Shown: positions 46,754-56,973, counted from the first letter of the stretch. The stretch: 64,000 bases of DNA from Candidatus Poribacteria bacterium (GCA_028820635.1 JAPPIG010000108.1:113733-177732); one strand, 5' to 3'. The notes: generated from the letters alone by a model not told the origin. Program-made: numbers and translations.

Positions 46754-47200
46754 CTATCTTTTGAAGATTTTCGATAGTAACCACCACTGAGGTGAAACCC
46801 AAAAAGGAATAGATGGTTCTTCAGCATTTAATTCGCGGCGGCGTTTTGAAAATCCATTTTGAGGCATTTTACGCTGCCACTGATGTTTCAACTTCCGATT
46901 GAACTTAGATACTTCCTCAGATGATTTATCACAGTTGTTCAGAATCCATGCACCCAGTTTGAGATCGTTGTTGAGTCTGACTGCTGCATCTTTGAAAACT
47001 TCCGCTGAAATACCGAGGAACGATAGAATCTCTGTATCTTGTTCAGAATCAGCACCGTATTTATAACTTCCAATTTCTCCTACATGGTCAGCCCGCGCTT
47101 TATCTGTCAGTCTTGCAACACCGCAGATGCCAGCAATTTCTTGATTTAGCAAATCCCGTGGTCGAAAATTACTCTGTTTCATTTCTTCCTCCGTTAGCAT
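46754..47200 (-). CDS. Small soluble protein, paralog 2 of the tandem pair
   Basis: 148 aa. See paralog 1. Confidence 0.55.
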   Translation of the reverse strand: MLTEEEMKQSNFRPRDLLNQEIAGICGVARLTDKARADHVGEIGSYKYGADSEQDTEILSFLGISAEVFKDAAVRLNNDLKLGAWILNNCDKSSEEVSKFNRKLKHQWQRKMPQNGFSKRRRELNAEEPSIPFWVSPQWWLLSKIFKR

Positions 47201-47246
47201 TTCCTAAAAAAGATCGTGGGAACTGGTCTACATTATAAGACAATTT

Positions 47247-49154
47247 TTAAGCAAAAAACAGATAGTACGCGAGGAATAACACGATTCCTAGGACCATTGA
47301 CACAATATATACTTGGACAAGACCTGTTTGTAATCTTCGCAAAGTTCCGCCAATCACTCGGATAAGTGCAGCCACGCCATTAACAATTCCGTCAATAATC
47401 CCTGTATCAAACAATTTCCATAACAGAAAATGGGAAGCGTTTTTGATTGGCTGGACGATAAAAGTATTGTATAGCTCATCAATATAGAATTTGTTGGCAA
47501 CGAGTTTCTGTAATGCGTTGGTAGGTTCTGCAGAAGGCACACGATTCTTATAGCGTGTCCACGCAAATGTGATGCCTGCTATCCCAATGACTGATGAAAT
47601 TACCATGAACGGTATCGGACTACCCAATGCTTCGCCATGCCCGCCTTTAAAACCTGCTACTTTTTCAGTAAAGTGATGAAACCAACTATTGTGTCCGCCC
47701 ACCCCTAACAGCAATCCGATTAGGGCAGAGGGAATAGCAAGAATAGCCAACGGAATCCACATCACCGCAGGTGATTCATGCAGATGTGAAGCAACCTCAG
47801 GTTCAACGCGAGATTTCCCATAAAAAGTCACAAAGATTAGACGGAACATGTAGAACGCTGTCAGGAATGCAGTAATCAATCCAATGATGTAGATCGCTTT
47901 TCCGCTTCCCCATGTAACTCCCCACGCGCTATGTAAAATTTCATCCTTACTCCAGAAACCACTTAAGAACGGGGCACCTGCAATTGCCAACGCGCCAACC
48001 AAAAATGTAGCATGGGTTATCGGCAATTTGTTTCGCAATCCTCCCATTTTTCGTATATCTAATTCATTCGCCATTGCGTGCATCACGCTGCCAGCAGTCA
48101 AGAACATCAGCCCTTTAAAGAATGCATGTGTTACCAAATGGAAAATACCGGAAGCATACGCACCGACACCGACACCGACAAACATATACCCCAATTGGCT
48201 TACGGTGGAATAGGCGAGAATTCGTTTAATGTCATTCTGTTTGAGGGCTATTATTGCGGCGAACAAAGCGGTTAGGACACCGATCCAAGCGACAACTACT
48301 CCTGTTTCTGCGATGTTATACAGCACAGCGGAACGTGCAATCATATAGACACCCGCGGTAACCATTGTGGCGGCGTGTATTAATGCACTAACAGGGGTTG
48401 GACCTTCCATTGCATCTGGCAGCCAAACATAAAGAGGGAGCTGTGCGGATTTACCAACTGCTCCAACAAAGAGGAGCAAAGTCGCAAGCATAATTCCGTT
48501 TACACCAAAAACTATCTCATCACTTTTTGCTTCAGCTCCAGAAAATATCGTTGAGAAGTCAAGGGAGTTGAACACAGCAAACAACGTGAACATCCCTAAC
48601 AGAAAACCGAAATCACCGATTCTGTTGACAATAAACGCCTTTTTACCTGCATCCGTAGCGGATTGTTTCTCATACCAGAATCCTATTAGCAGATAGGAGC
48701 AGAGTCCAACACCTTCCCAACCAACAAACATCATCAGATAGTTGTTGCCGAGAACGAGGATAAGCATCGCGAAGACAAATAAATTTAGGTAGGCAAAATA
48801 GCGGGTATAGCCTGCATCTCCGTGCATATATCCGATGGAATATACGTGGATGAGAAATCCAACACCTGTAATTACCAACAACATCACAGTTGTCAAGGCA
48901 TCAACGTGGAAGCCGATGTTGAAAGTGAACGATTCACCTGCAATCCATGAATAAAGCACCTCATTGAACGGTTTCTCACTGCCCTGTACATTTACAAAAG
49001 CGATAATTGAACAGATTAAGGATACGAGTACGGCAAGTGCACCGATTGTCCCACTGAGTTTCTCGTTACCTTTTAACCATTTGCCAAACAATCCGTTAAT
49101 CAGAAACCCAACAAGTGGCGAAATTAATAAGATAATAATTAGACTATTTGACAT
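47247..49154 (-). CDS. nuoL: NADH-quinone oxidoreductase subunit L
   Basis: 635-aa NuoL/ND5 family protein (…WLPDAMEGPTPVSALIHAATMVTAG…). Confidence 0.9.
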   Translation of the reverse strand: MSNSLIIILLISPLVGFLINGLFGKWLKGNEKLSGTIGALAVLVSLICSIIAFVNVQGSEKPFNEVLYSWIAGESFTFNIGFHVDALTTVMLLVITGVGFLIHVYSIGYMHGDAGYTRYFAYLNLFVFAMLILVLGNNYLMMFVGWEGVGLCSYLLIGFWYEKQSATDAGKKAFIVNRIGDFGFLLGMFTLFAVFNSLDFSTIFSGAEAKSDEIVFGVNGIMLATLLLFVGAVGKSAQLPLYVWLPDAMEGPTPVSALIHAATMVTAGVYMIARSAVLYNIAETGVVVAWIGVLTALFAAIIALKQNDIKRILAYSTVSQLGYMFVGVGVGAYASGIFHLVTHAFFKGLMFLTAGSVMHAMANELDIRKMGGLRNKLPITHATFLVGALAIAGAPFLSGFWSKDEILHSAWGVTWGSGKAIYIIGLITAFLTAFYMFRLIFVTFYGKSRVEPEVASHLHESPAVMWIPLAILAIPSALIGLLLGVGGHNSWFHHFTEKVAGFKGGHGEALGSPIPFMVISSVIGIAGITFAWTRYKNRVPSAEPTNALQKLVANKFYIDELYNTFIVQPIKNASHFLLWKLFDTGIIDGIVNGVAALIRVIGGTLRRLQTGLVQVYIVSMVLGIVLFLAYYLFFA

Positions 49155-49157
49155 GTT

Positions 49158-49457
49158 TTATCCTTTCAGCGAATTAACTTCATCCACATTAATTGTTTCG
49201 CGATGCTTGAAAACACTTACAATAATTGCTAATCCGATTGCGACTTCCGCAGCAGCAACAGCCATCACAAAAAAGACGAACAACTGCCCCTCCACTTGAC
49301 CGAGGCTACGACTGATCGCTACAAAGGCGAGATTTGCTGCGTTTAGCATCAATTCAATACACATAAAGATGATAATCGCGTTTCTGCGGATGAGTACACC
49401 GATAACGCCTATTGTAAATAAGAGCGCGCTCAAGATGAGATAATACTCTAATGACAT
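49158..49457 (-). CDS. nuoK: NADH-quinone oxidoreductase subunit K
   Basis: 99-aa NuoK/ND4L family protein with 3 TM segments. Confidence 0.9.
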   Translation of the reverse strand: MSLEYYLILSALLFTIGVIGVLIRRNAIIIFMCIELMLNAANLAFVAISRSLGQVEGQLFVFFVMAVAAAEVAIGLAIIVSVFKHRETINVDEVNSLKG

Positions 49458-49458
49458 A

Positions 49459-49490
49459 TTAGTTGTCAGTTGTCAGTTGTCAGTTGTCAG
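49459..49490. repeat. Perfect tandem heptanucleotide repeat (AGTTGTC x4) immediately 5' of the nuoK start codon
   Basis: The sequence att-agttgtc-agttgtc-agttgtc-agttgtc-agagg abuts the nuoK ATG at 49457. Confidence 0.8.
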
Positions 49491-49618
49491 AGGATGGATT
49501 GTTAACCGTCCTCCTTCTGTCGTAACACACGAGTTCTGTAGGTGTTAGACAAGTTGAAAACTGATACCAATAACCGATGACTCCTTTGTTGTTGTAGGCA
49601 CTATCGCCTAAATCTGTT

Positions 49619-50167
49619 TTAGTTTTCAGTTTGGTTTTCGCGTTTTACCAAGACAATTACGCCAATCAATGCTGCCAACAAAATAAGCGAGGTAACCTCA
49701 AACGGTAAAAGGTATTTGCTGAACAAAAGTTCACCAATATCATAAGTTTCAATCGGATTATTAGTGAGAGCAGCTGCCTTTTCCTGTGCTGCTTCCGATC
49801 CAACCTCAGTATTATTGAGGGCATTCACCGCAATATAGATGCCTTGAGCAGCCAAGAGGATACCCAAAATTATCGCAACACCTTTCAGTTTCCCTGTGAG
49901 AGCACCTTTCGCAGAGAGTGTGCCAAGGTTCAGCAGCATAATTACAAAGAGGAACAATACCATGATTGCTCCAGCATACACAATAACCTGAACAGCAGCG
50001 ACGAAGTGTGCGCCCAAAATCACAAACAACCCTGCTTGTGCGAAAAACGTTACAATAAGCGAAAGCGCACTATATATCGGGTGCCGAAACGAGATAACAG
50101 CGATTGCACCAATTAGTGACACAGCACCAAAGATAAAAAATAGAATCATTTCTGGATTCATTTGCAC
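49619..50167 (-). CDS. nuoJ: NADH-quinone oxidoreductase subunit J
   Basis: 182-aa NuoJ/ND6 family protein. Confidence 0.85.
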   Translation of the reverse strand: MQMNPEMILFFIFGAVSLIGAIAVISFRHPIYSALSLIVTFFAQAGLFVILGAHFVAAVQVIVYAGAIMVLFLFVIMLLNLGTLSAKGALTGKLKGVAIILGILLAAQGIYIAVNALNNTEVGSEAAQEKAAALTNNPIETYDIGELLFSKYLLPFEVTSLILLAALIGVIVLVKRENQTEN

Positions 50168-50172
50168 GCCTC

Positions 50173-51411
50173 CTATTCTACTGCGTCCAAGCCGCGCAGT
50201 GGTGCTGCGGCGGGAGTGTTTTGCGCTGCAGATTTACTGTTATTGTCCATAGCAAGCATCCCTGCTACGATTGCTACGACAATAAACGCTGCAACTACAT
50301 TGCCAACACCTATCCAAAGACGATTACCTTTCGTTATTATATATAATGTGCCGGTAACAACGATTGACGATAAGGCAACAGGCAACAAGAATTTCCAACC
50401 GAAATTCATGAGTTGGTCATAGCGGAAACGCGGAAGTGTCCAGCGTACCCAGATGAAAACAAACAAGAAAATTCCTGTTTTAACAAAGAAGATAGCAAAC
50501 GAGATAAGTCCAGCAAGTACGGATCCCTCTCCACCTATGTTTTCCAATCCGAAAAAGTGCCAACCGCCTAAGAACAGTGTTACAACCACTGCCGAACCGA
50601 CAATCATGCTCATATATTCTGCCATAAAGAATATAGCGAATTTCATACTGCTGTATTCGGTGTGGTAACCTGCGACAAGTTCCTGCTCTGCTTCAGCAAG
50701 GTCAAATGGCAATCGGTTTGTTTCTGCGAACACTGCTGTTGTAAACGCAAGAAATGCTGGAAAGTGTATCAGGAAATTCCATTCCCACGGGTTTGCACCC
50801 TGTCCCTCTGCAATTTCCCGAAGTTTGAGCGATTCGGAGAGCATCAAAACACCGATAATTGCCAATCCGAGCGTCAATTCGTAACTTATCATCTGCGCGG
50901 ATGAACGCAAACCACCCAAAAGTGAGTATTTGTTGTTTGATGCCCACGCACCTATAACAACACCATACACACCGAGAGACGTTATTGCTAAGATATATAA
51001 AATGCCTATATTGAGGTCAGCGATCTGAAGCGGAATTTCATATCCTGCTATCGTCATAGAACTTCCGAATGGTACGACAGCTACTATAATCATTGCTGGG
51101 ACCAGAAGCATTGCTGGGGCAAGCACGTAAAGTGGCTTATCTACGTGATTTGGGATGAGGTCTTCCTTAAAGAGGAACTTAATCCCATCTGCAATAGGTT
51201 GAAGTAGTCCTTGTGGTCCGACGCGATTCGGTCCGAGTCGATCCTGCATCCATCCGCTCACACGGCGTTCAGACCAAATCATCGCCATCACACCAATAAT
51301 CAGCAGATGTGCAACGATGAGAATTTTGACGATTGAACTGATGATAAAAACGTGAAGAGGTAAACTTTCCATATTTCTCCTTCTTGATGACGCGCAGATT
51401 GAAATTAGCAA
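50173..51411 (-). CDS. nuoH: NADH-quinone oxidoreductase subunit H (with N- and C-terminal extensions)
   Basis: NuoH/ND1 blocks (MQDRLGPNRVGP, LAEAEQELVAGYHTEYS) are present. At 412 aa it is about 70 aa longer than typical. The true start may be the internal MESLP. Confidence 0.85.
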   Translation of the reverse strand: MLISICASSRRRNMESLPLHVFIISSIVKILIVAHLLIIGVMAMIWSERRVSGWMQDRLGPNRVGPQGLLQPIADGIKFLFKEDLIPNHVDKPLYVLAPAMLLVPAMIIVAVVPFGSSMTIAGYEIPLQIADLNIGILYILAITSLGVYGVVIGAWASNNKYSLLGGLRSSAQMISYELTLGLAIIGVLMLSESLKLREIAEGQGANPWEWNFLIHFPAFLAFTTAVFAETNRLPFDLAEAEQELVAGYHTEYSSMKFAIFFMAEYMSMIVGSAVVVTLFLGGWHFFGLENIGGEGSVLAGLISFAIFFVKTGIFLFVFIWVRWTLPRFRYDQLMNFGWKFLLPVALSSIVVTGTLYIITKGNRLWIGVGNVVAAFIVVAIVAGMLAMDNNSKSAAQNTPAAAPLRGLDAVE

Positions 51412-51412
51412 G

Positions 51413-53068
51413 TTAGTCTAACTTAATGCCTGCATCTCCTATGTTTTGATGTGTTGCGTCACCGTAACCCGCTACATTCTCTGCAATTGCTATGGCAATT
51501 TCACCCGCGAAATGGTAATCAATTTCTCCACCGAGTCGCTTCGCAAGCTGCTGCGTAATCTGCCAATCTACTTGTGCTTCACCTGGAGGGTCAATTGTCT
51601 TTCGAATCCGTTGCACCCATCCGGTAGAATTGGTAAACGTGCCATCTTTTTCTGCGAAAGTTGTTCCCGGTAGTACCACATCGGCTAATTCCGTAACCGC
51701 TGATGGTAAAACATCTTGCACGATGAGAAAATCAACCTTTTCTAATGCGTTTCTTTCGGTATCTTCAAGCGCGCGTTCTGGCACACCACTAACGATATAA
51801 ACGACTTTCGCACTTGCGACCTTTTCCCAAAGTGCATCGCCTTCTAAAACGACATTTCCGTTTGCAGAGCCGAGTATTGTTCGCGCACCTGCGGTGTTTG
51901 GATTCTTGTCCGCTTCTATGGTAAATTGTGGGAATTTGTGCTCTTCACCGGGTAGTTGCCCAAAGAGCCCCAATTGTGTTGTCTTTAGCACATCGTGTGC
52001 AAACTGCTGTAAAACATAGTTGTCTTCATTCGTGCCTTGTGCAGAACCGATAACAACAATATCTGCAGCATCAACTTCGGATAAATTTTCGGTAATTAAC
52101 GTCAACGCATCTGCCCACTGCGTTGTTACAAGTTCGCCATCAACCTTCTTAAGGGGTAGTTGGAGACGGTCATCGCTGTTGACATAGTGGTAACCGAGTC
52201 TGCCATCATCACACATCCAGTGTTGGTTAATATCTTCATGGAAGCGAGGTTTGATACGGTACACACCGTCTGCCTTATACTCAACCGTGACATTACATCC
52301 GACGCTACATCCTGAACAGATACTATTCGCCTTTTCCATAAACCACGGACGAGATTTGAACAAAAAATCTTTGCTAATCAACGCACCGACAGGACAAATA
52401 TCAACGACATTTCCAGCGAGTTTATTATCAAGAAGTTGTATGGGAGTTCCTTCATGGCTTCGGGGAATGTCAATCTCATCGTGGGAACCGCGATTTATCA
52501 ACCCAAGTTCACCACTGCCTGAAACCTCATCACAGAATCGGATACACCGCGTGCAAACGATACAACGTGTGGAATAGAGCAAAATATCCGGCCCCAGGTC
52601 TTTTTTCGGAGGCACGTTTTTGACTTCTATATAGCGGCTTTTATCGTGCCCATGCCGGTAGCTGAAGTCTTGCAGGTCGCATTCACCTGCTTGGTCACAG
52701 ACGGGGCAATCAAGAGGATGATGTACGAGCAAGAATTCCAAAATATCTTCTCTTGCCTTTATGACACGGGAACTGTCTGTTCGGACGATAGCGTCATATT
52801 TTTCTTCTAACTTTCTTTCTGGTGGTGCGGATCGGACTGTCAGTGTACAACCCGTAGCTAATTGTCGGGCTGGACCGATTGTACCTGGGGGAGCACCTGG
52901 TATGGGACCGTAAGGTTCAACGAGGCACATCCGGCAATTCGCTGGACGACTCAACCCTGCGTGGTAGCAGTAGTGAGGCACCTCAATGCCGTGTTCCCGT
53001 GCAGCCTCAACTATATTTGTTCCGTCTTCAACCTCTATTTCAAGGTCATTCAGTTTAATAAACGCCAT
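51413..53068 (-). CDS. nuoG: NADH-quinone oxidoreductase subunit G (short 551-aa form)
   Basis: Has the N-terminal 2Fe-2S and 4Fe-4S cysteine clusters (CYHAGLSRPANCRMCLVE, …CPVCDQAGEC…, CIVCTRCIRFC). It lacks the long C-terminal domain of the 900-aa forms. Confidence 0.85.
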   Translation of the reverse strand: MAFIKLNDLEIEVEDGTNIVEAAREHGIEVPHYCYHAGLSRPANCRMCLVEPYGPIPGAPPGTIGPARQLATGCTLTVRSAPPERKLEEKYDAIVRTDSSRVIKAREDILEFLLVHHPLDCPVCDQAGECDLQDFSYRHGHDKSRYIEVKNVPPKKDLGPDILLYSTRCIVCTRCIRFCDEVSGSGELGLINRGSHDEIDIPRSHEGTPIQLLDNKLAGNVVDICPVGALISKDFLFKSRPWFMEKANSICSGCSVGCNVTVEYKADGVYRIKPRFHEDINQHWMCDDGRLGYHYVNSDDRLQLPLKKVDGELVTTQWADALTLITENLSEVDAADIVVIGSAQGTNEDNYVLQQFAHDVLKTTQLGLFGQLPGEEHKFPQFTIEADKNPNTAGARTILGSANGNVVLEGDALWEKVASAKVVYIVSGVPERALEDTERNALEKVDFLIVQDVLPSAVTELADVVLPGTTFAEKDGTFTNSTGWVQRIRKTIDPPGEAQVDWQITQQLAKRLGGEIDYHFAGEIAIAIAENVAGYGDATHQNIGDAGIKLD

Positions 53069-53135
53069 AAATATTACTCCAATGACTTGGCATAGCCCTC
53101 AATATTCTGTCAGTTTCCAACTGGGATAATCAGTT

Positions 53136-54611
53136 CTACAGGTCAGCAAACTCCTTTGGAATAAACCGCTGTTGATACGCGTAATTTTCCTCTGGCGGCA
53201 CTGTCGCTTCAGCAACAGGTAGCGTAACCAATTTACCTTCTCGTATTGCGGCTTCAAATTCAGGTCTGAACTTGCGCATATAACTGACTGCCGGCCACGA
53301 AACAGCAATACCAAAGACGCAGATAGTATTCCATGTCATTGTATCCACATTCGCAATGTTGTTCGCAACGTTTTCCAGCAGATCAAGGTCTTCGTAGATT
53401 TCCTCTGTTTCACCAGTATCACCCCATCTGCCGCTTTCGGTGACACCGAACTTGGGTCGTGTGATAGTGGTTTGTCTGCCTTCTCCATCGGCAATCCGTT
53501 GGACAATATCACGGACCCACGGTGTGCCCCATCGACACGGTGTGCACTGCCCACACGATTCATGCGCGTAGAATTTCATGATATTGAGTAAGCAGTCAAC
53601 GATATTCCGGGTCTCATTCATTACAATGATGCCACCCGAACCTAACATTGATTTTGCAAGTGTGAGCGATGTAAAATCAAGTCGTGTATCTAACTCGTAA
53701 TGCGTCAAAATCGGTGCGGAACTTCCACCAGGGATCACCGCTTTGACCTCTTCACCACGCAAACCGCCTGCTACCTCAATAAGCTCTGTGCTTGTCAAAC
53801 CGAGTTCCAATTCATATACACCCGGTTCGTTGACATCGCCGCTGATACAGTAGAGTTTTGTGCCTGTATTTGGATCCGCTTTTGGTGGGTCAAATCGCGT
53901 ATCACCGTACGTCGGTCCCATCTGTGTGTACCATTCTACACCATTCCCTACGATAAAGGGTAGGTTGCACAAGGTCTCCACATTCTGCACGACGGTGGGT
54001 TTCATAAACACACCTTGAACAGCAGGGAAAGGCGGTTTGTTGCGAGGTTGCCCTCGTTTCCCCTCAAGGGATTCAATCAATCCTGTCTCTTCACCACAAA
54101 TATATGCACCAGCACCCGGATGTGAATAGATGTTAATATTTAGCCCCGTGTCTCGAACATTTTCACCAAGGTAACCCTGTTCGTAAGCCTCCTTAATGGC
54201 GGTATCTAACATCTTTTTTCCAAGTGTGAATTCACCGCGAATGTAAACATAAGTGGTCTCAATTCCCATTGCGTAGCAACAGATTAAGATACCTTCTATC
54301 AACAGATGTGGGTTTTTCTCTAAGACGTAGCGGTTGCTGAAGGTGCCGGGCTCGCTTTCGTCAGCGTTGCAACAAAGATAGCGCGGCTCAATATCCCTTG
54401 GGACAAAACTCCATTTTTCCCCAGTAGAAAAGCCGGCACCGCCTCTGCCTTTCAACCCCGCATCCCACACCATTTGCGCGATTTCTTCAGGTTGATATTC
54501 GGCAATCGCCTTTTCAAAACGGGTGTAACCCTCATATTGTCTAAAGACATCAAAGGTGTTTATATTCGGTACATCCAGATGCTCGTAGAGAATCCGTCTT
54601 TCTTGAACCAT
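53136..54611 (-). CDS. nuoF: NADH-quinone oxidoreductase subunit F
   Basis: 51-kDa subunit blocks (GRGGAGFSTGEKW, CGQCTPCR). Length is 491 aa. Confidence 0.9.
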   Translation of the reverse strand: MVQERRILYEHLDVPNINTFDVFRQYEGYTRFEKAIAEYQPEEIAQMVWDAGLKGRGGAGFSTGEKWSFVPRDIEPRYLCCNADESEPGTFSNRYVLEKNPHLLIEGILICCYAMGIETTYVYIRGEFTLGKKMLDTAIKEAYEQGYLGENVRDTGLNINIYSHPGAGAYICGEETGLIESLEGKRGQPRNKPPFPAVQGVFMKPTVVQNVETLCNLPFIVGNGVEWYTQMGPTYGDTRFDPPKADPNTGTKLYCISGDVNEPGVYELELGLTSTELIEVAGGLRGEEVKAVIPGGSSAPILTHYELDTRLDFTSLTLAKSMLGSGGIIVMNETRNIVDCLLNIMKFYAHESCGQCTPCRWGTPWVRDIVQRIADGEGRQTTITRPKFGVTESGRWGDTGETEEIYEDLDLLENVANNIANVDTMTWNTICVFGIAVSWPAVSYMRKFRPEFEAAIREGKLVTLPVAEATVPPEENYAYQQRFIPKEFADL

Positions 54612-54699
54612 ATTTTTCCTCTACATATTGTCTCTTATAATTTTGTAGGTTGGGTAGAACACAGTGAAACCCAACAAGTTCCGATTTATGACATTTCCT

Positions 54700-55224
54700 C
54701 TAATTGGGAAGTTGCTCTAATATTTCATCAACCTTTTCGGGTGTCAAATTTTTATATAAATCGTCATTCACCATGATAACGGGGGCGACATCACACGATG
54801 CAAGGCACTCAACTTTCATCAAGGTGAACTTGCCATCATCAGTAGTGCCTTTTGCGAGATTTGTTTCTGATGCCACGTCAGTACTCAGTTTTTCTTTCAG
54901 ATGATCCAAAACTACTTTACAGTCGCGCAATGCACACGGCAGCGTATGACAGACGCGAATAACATATTTCCCCACCGGTTCCTCAAAGAACATCGGATAG
55001 AAGGTTACCACGTCTTTTACCTTCATCACAGAAAGTTCCAACAGTTCCGCTACATACTTCATGACTGCAGGCGTAATATAACCTTCCTGCCGTTGTGCCA
55101 GGTGGAGCGTTGGCAGCATCGCTGCTTCTTTGACGGGATACCGACCAATCAGTTCGTCAAATTCTCGTTTGTTTTCTTCGTTAAACTGAAATGGTGTTTC
55201 GATTTGTATTATTTCATCTGACAT
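54700..55224 (-). CDS. nuoE: NADH-quinone oxidoreductase subunit E
   Basis: 24-kDa subunit thioredoxin-like 2Fe-2S protein (…VCHTLPCALRDC…ECLASCDVAPV…). Confidence 0.9.
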   Translation of the reverse strand: MSDEIIQIETPFQFNEENKREFDELIGRYPVKEAAMLPTLHLAQRQEGYITPAVMKYVAELLELSVMKVKDVVTFYPMFFEEPVGKYVIRVCHTLPCALRDCKVVLDHLKEKLSTDVASETNLAKGTTDDGKFTLMKVECLASCDVAPVIMVNDDLYKNLTPEKVDEILEQLPN

Positions 55225-55376
55225 CTATGTTTTCCTTTTCTTGGCTATCAGCCGTCAGCAACAGTGTTAGCATCTACTACGGATAACACCCTTCAATTGC
55301 CTCATAAATGTTTTCAAGCAATTCTTCAAAAGTGTTACTTTGTGTAGCACAAGCGGTGATTTTTAGTTCATGGTAT

Positions 55377-56177
55377 TTAACTGCGTGCTTTCAAACGTGC
55401 AATTTCTTCACGAAGTTGTGCGACTTCTGCTTCAGCGTTTTCTGCGCGTGTGGCTTCTTGCTCTGCGCGTGTTTCTGCATTTTCTCGTGCGATGGTTTCC
55501 TGTTCAGCGTGTGCCTCTGCAATTTCTGTGCGTTCTGCACGTGTCTGAAGCCATTCACCCGCAACAGGATCATAAATCGCTATCTCTCCATCGCGAATAT
55601 GGAAATCCAAATCCAAAACTGAGGCACGAAAACCTCCCCGTTCATCCGCAGAAATAGCGACATACTCACCATCCACTAACGTAAATCCCATCATCGGAGA
55701 TGGTAAATACAACCCCTCTGCATCATATAAGAAGTAATTCTGTATTCCCAATGAAGCATAAACATCCTTCTTCTCACCTAAGTCTTTATCGTAAGTGCTT
55801 TTACTGGAGAACTCCATCACGAAATCGGGTGCTTTTCCTTCCTCCCATGTTTTATACGTCAGACGCAGCTTTGGGTTTATACCAAAACAGACGAGCACAT
55901 CCGGAGATATAGACTTCCGGGGATCCCCTTCGCTGTAATACATCATTAGGTCGCCAGAGATATAGACTTCCGGATTTTGTGCGAAATGTGTCTCAAGTGC
56001 TTGCAGCGTCCATATTAGTAATCTTAAATGATAATCGCTTGCTGCCATCGGCTTTCCATCTTCAGAAGGGTAAAGGTCAACATCGTCAGTAGGGACATAA
56101 GGAATAAAGGTATCTTTTGAATACGGGCGTGCCATTATGTTTCTCCTTTGTTGTCCGATGCGTAAAAACGAAGACAA
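55377..56177 (-). CDS. Uma2-family (DUF820) restriction-endonuclease-fold protein, copy A. The true start is probably the internal MARPY Met at about 56135.
   Basis: Uma2 core (…DVLVCFGI…PDFVMEFSS…) with an A/E/R-rich coiled C-terminal tail. It is about 97% identical at the DNA level over roughly 600 bp to copy B. Confidence 0.7.
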   Translation of the reverse strand: MSSFLRIGQQRRNIMARPYSKDTFIPYVPTDDVDLYPSEDGKPMAASDYHLRLLIWTLQALETHFAQNPEVYISGDLMMYYSEGDPRKSISPDVLVCFGINPKLRLTYKTWEEGKAPDFVMEFSSKSTYDKDLGEKKDVYASLGIQNYFLYDAEGLYLPSPMMGFTLVDGEYVAISADERGGFRASVLDLDFHIRDGEIAIYDPVAGEWLQTRAERTEIAEAHAEQETIARENAETRAEQEATRAENAEAEVAQLREEIARLKARS

Positions 56178-56199
56178 TTAGTTTCATGTAATTTTAGTA

Positions 56200-56859
56200 T
56201 CACTTTTTCTTGAGAACCATTTTCTGATCAGAATAAGTCAGCGTTAACGTATCTCCTGTGACGTTCCATGTATATTCAATTCCGCTGTCGAATATAAAAT
56301 CTGAAGGATTCTGTTCAAATCCACTTTTCGATTCCGCTGCCAAATCCGCTTCTAACTGTTCTACGGTTTTACCTACTATTTGTGCTGCCCATACCTCTTT
56401 TGGTTCAAGCGTTACTTCAACATCCATTTTGATATCTTCTGTAGTGATTTTTAAGGTTTCCTCATCTGCAATATACATTCCTGCTATAGTTTGAGTGAGT
56501 TTCTGGGTCATTGACGAAGCAGGTGGTCCCGGGTATTTCTCTGATACCTCGAACGCTAAATTACCTGTCAAAGAACCATCATCTTCAAAAACCCAATTAT
56601 TTGAAATAAGTGTGGATTCTTGTTCAGCTTCTATATCGTCCGATTGTTCAGGTGCGACATTTTGGGAGAAAAATGTTTCAAACATTTCACCATTAATTGA
56701 GACAATTTCCCAAGAACTTCCAACAAAGTCGAAGTCCACAATAACATCTTCTTTTTTCTTTTCTTCATCTTCACTGCAACCGACCGCGAAAATGGAGAAC
56801 AAACTTATCAAGACTATAGCCGAGGTTGTAAAAAGTAGTTTCATGCTAATTTCAGCCAT
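56200..56859 (-). CDS. Lipoprotein of unknown function (219 aa), flanked by the two Uma2 genes
   Basis: Signal peptide plus lipobox (FAVGCSE), followed by an acidic, serine-rich mature region. Confidence 0.55.
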   Translation of the reverse strand: MAEISMKLLFTTSAIVLISLFSIFAVGCSEDEEKKKEDVIVDFDFVGSSWEIVSINGEMFETFFSQNVAPEQSDDIEAEQESTLISNNWVFEDDGSLTGNLAFEVSEKYPGPPASSMTQKLTQTIAGMYIADEETLKITTEDIKMDVEVTLEPKEVWAAQIVGKTVEQLEADLAAESKSGFEQNPSDFIFDSGIEYTWNVTGDTLTLTYSDQKMVLKKK

Positions 56860-56973
56860 GAGTTAGTATTTTCCCAAACTGAATCCTGTTTTTCTCAGGG
56901 TCTCTCATGTCAAAACACGCGAGACCATCTTCATTCTTCAAAGAATTATACCGCCAAGATGCATAATTGTCTG

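Noticed and set aside
49459-49490. CRISPR array
   Set aside because: It consists of only 7-bp units with no spacers. No other direct-repeat or spacer structure was seen anywhere in the window.
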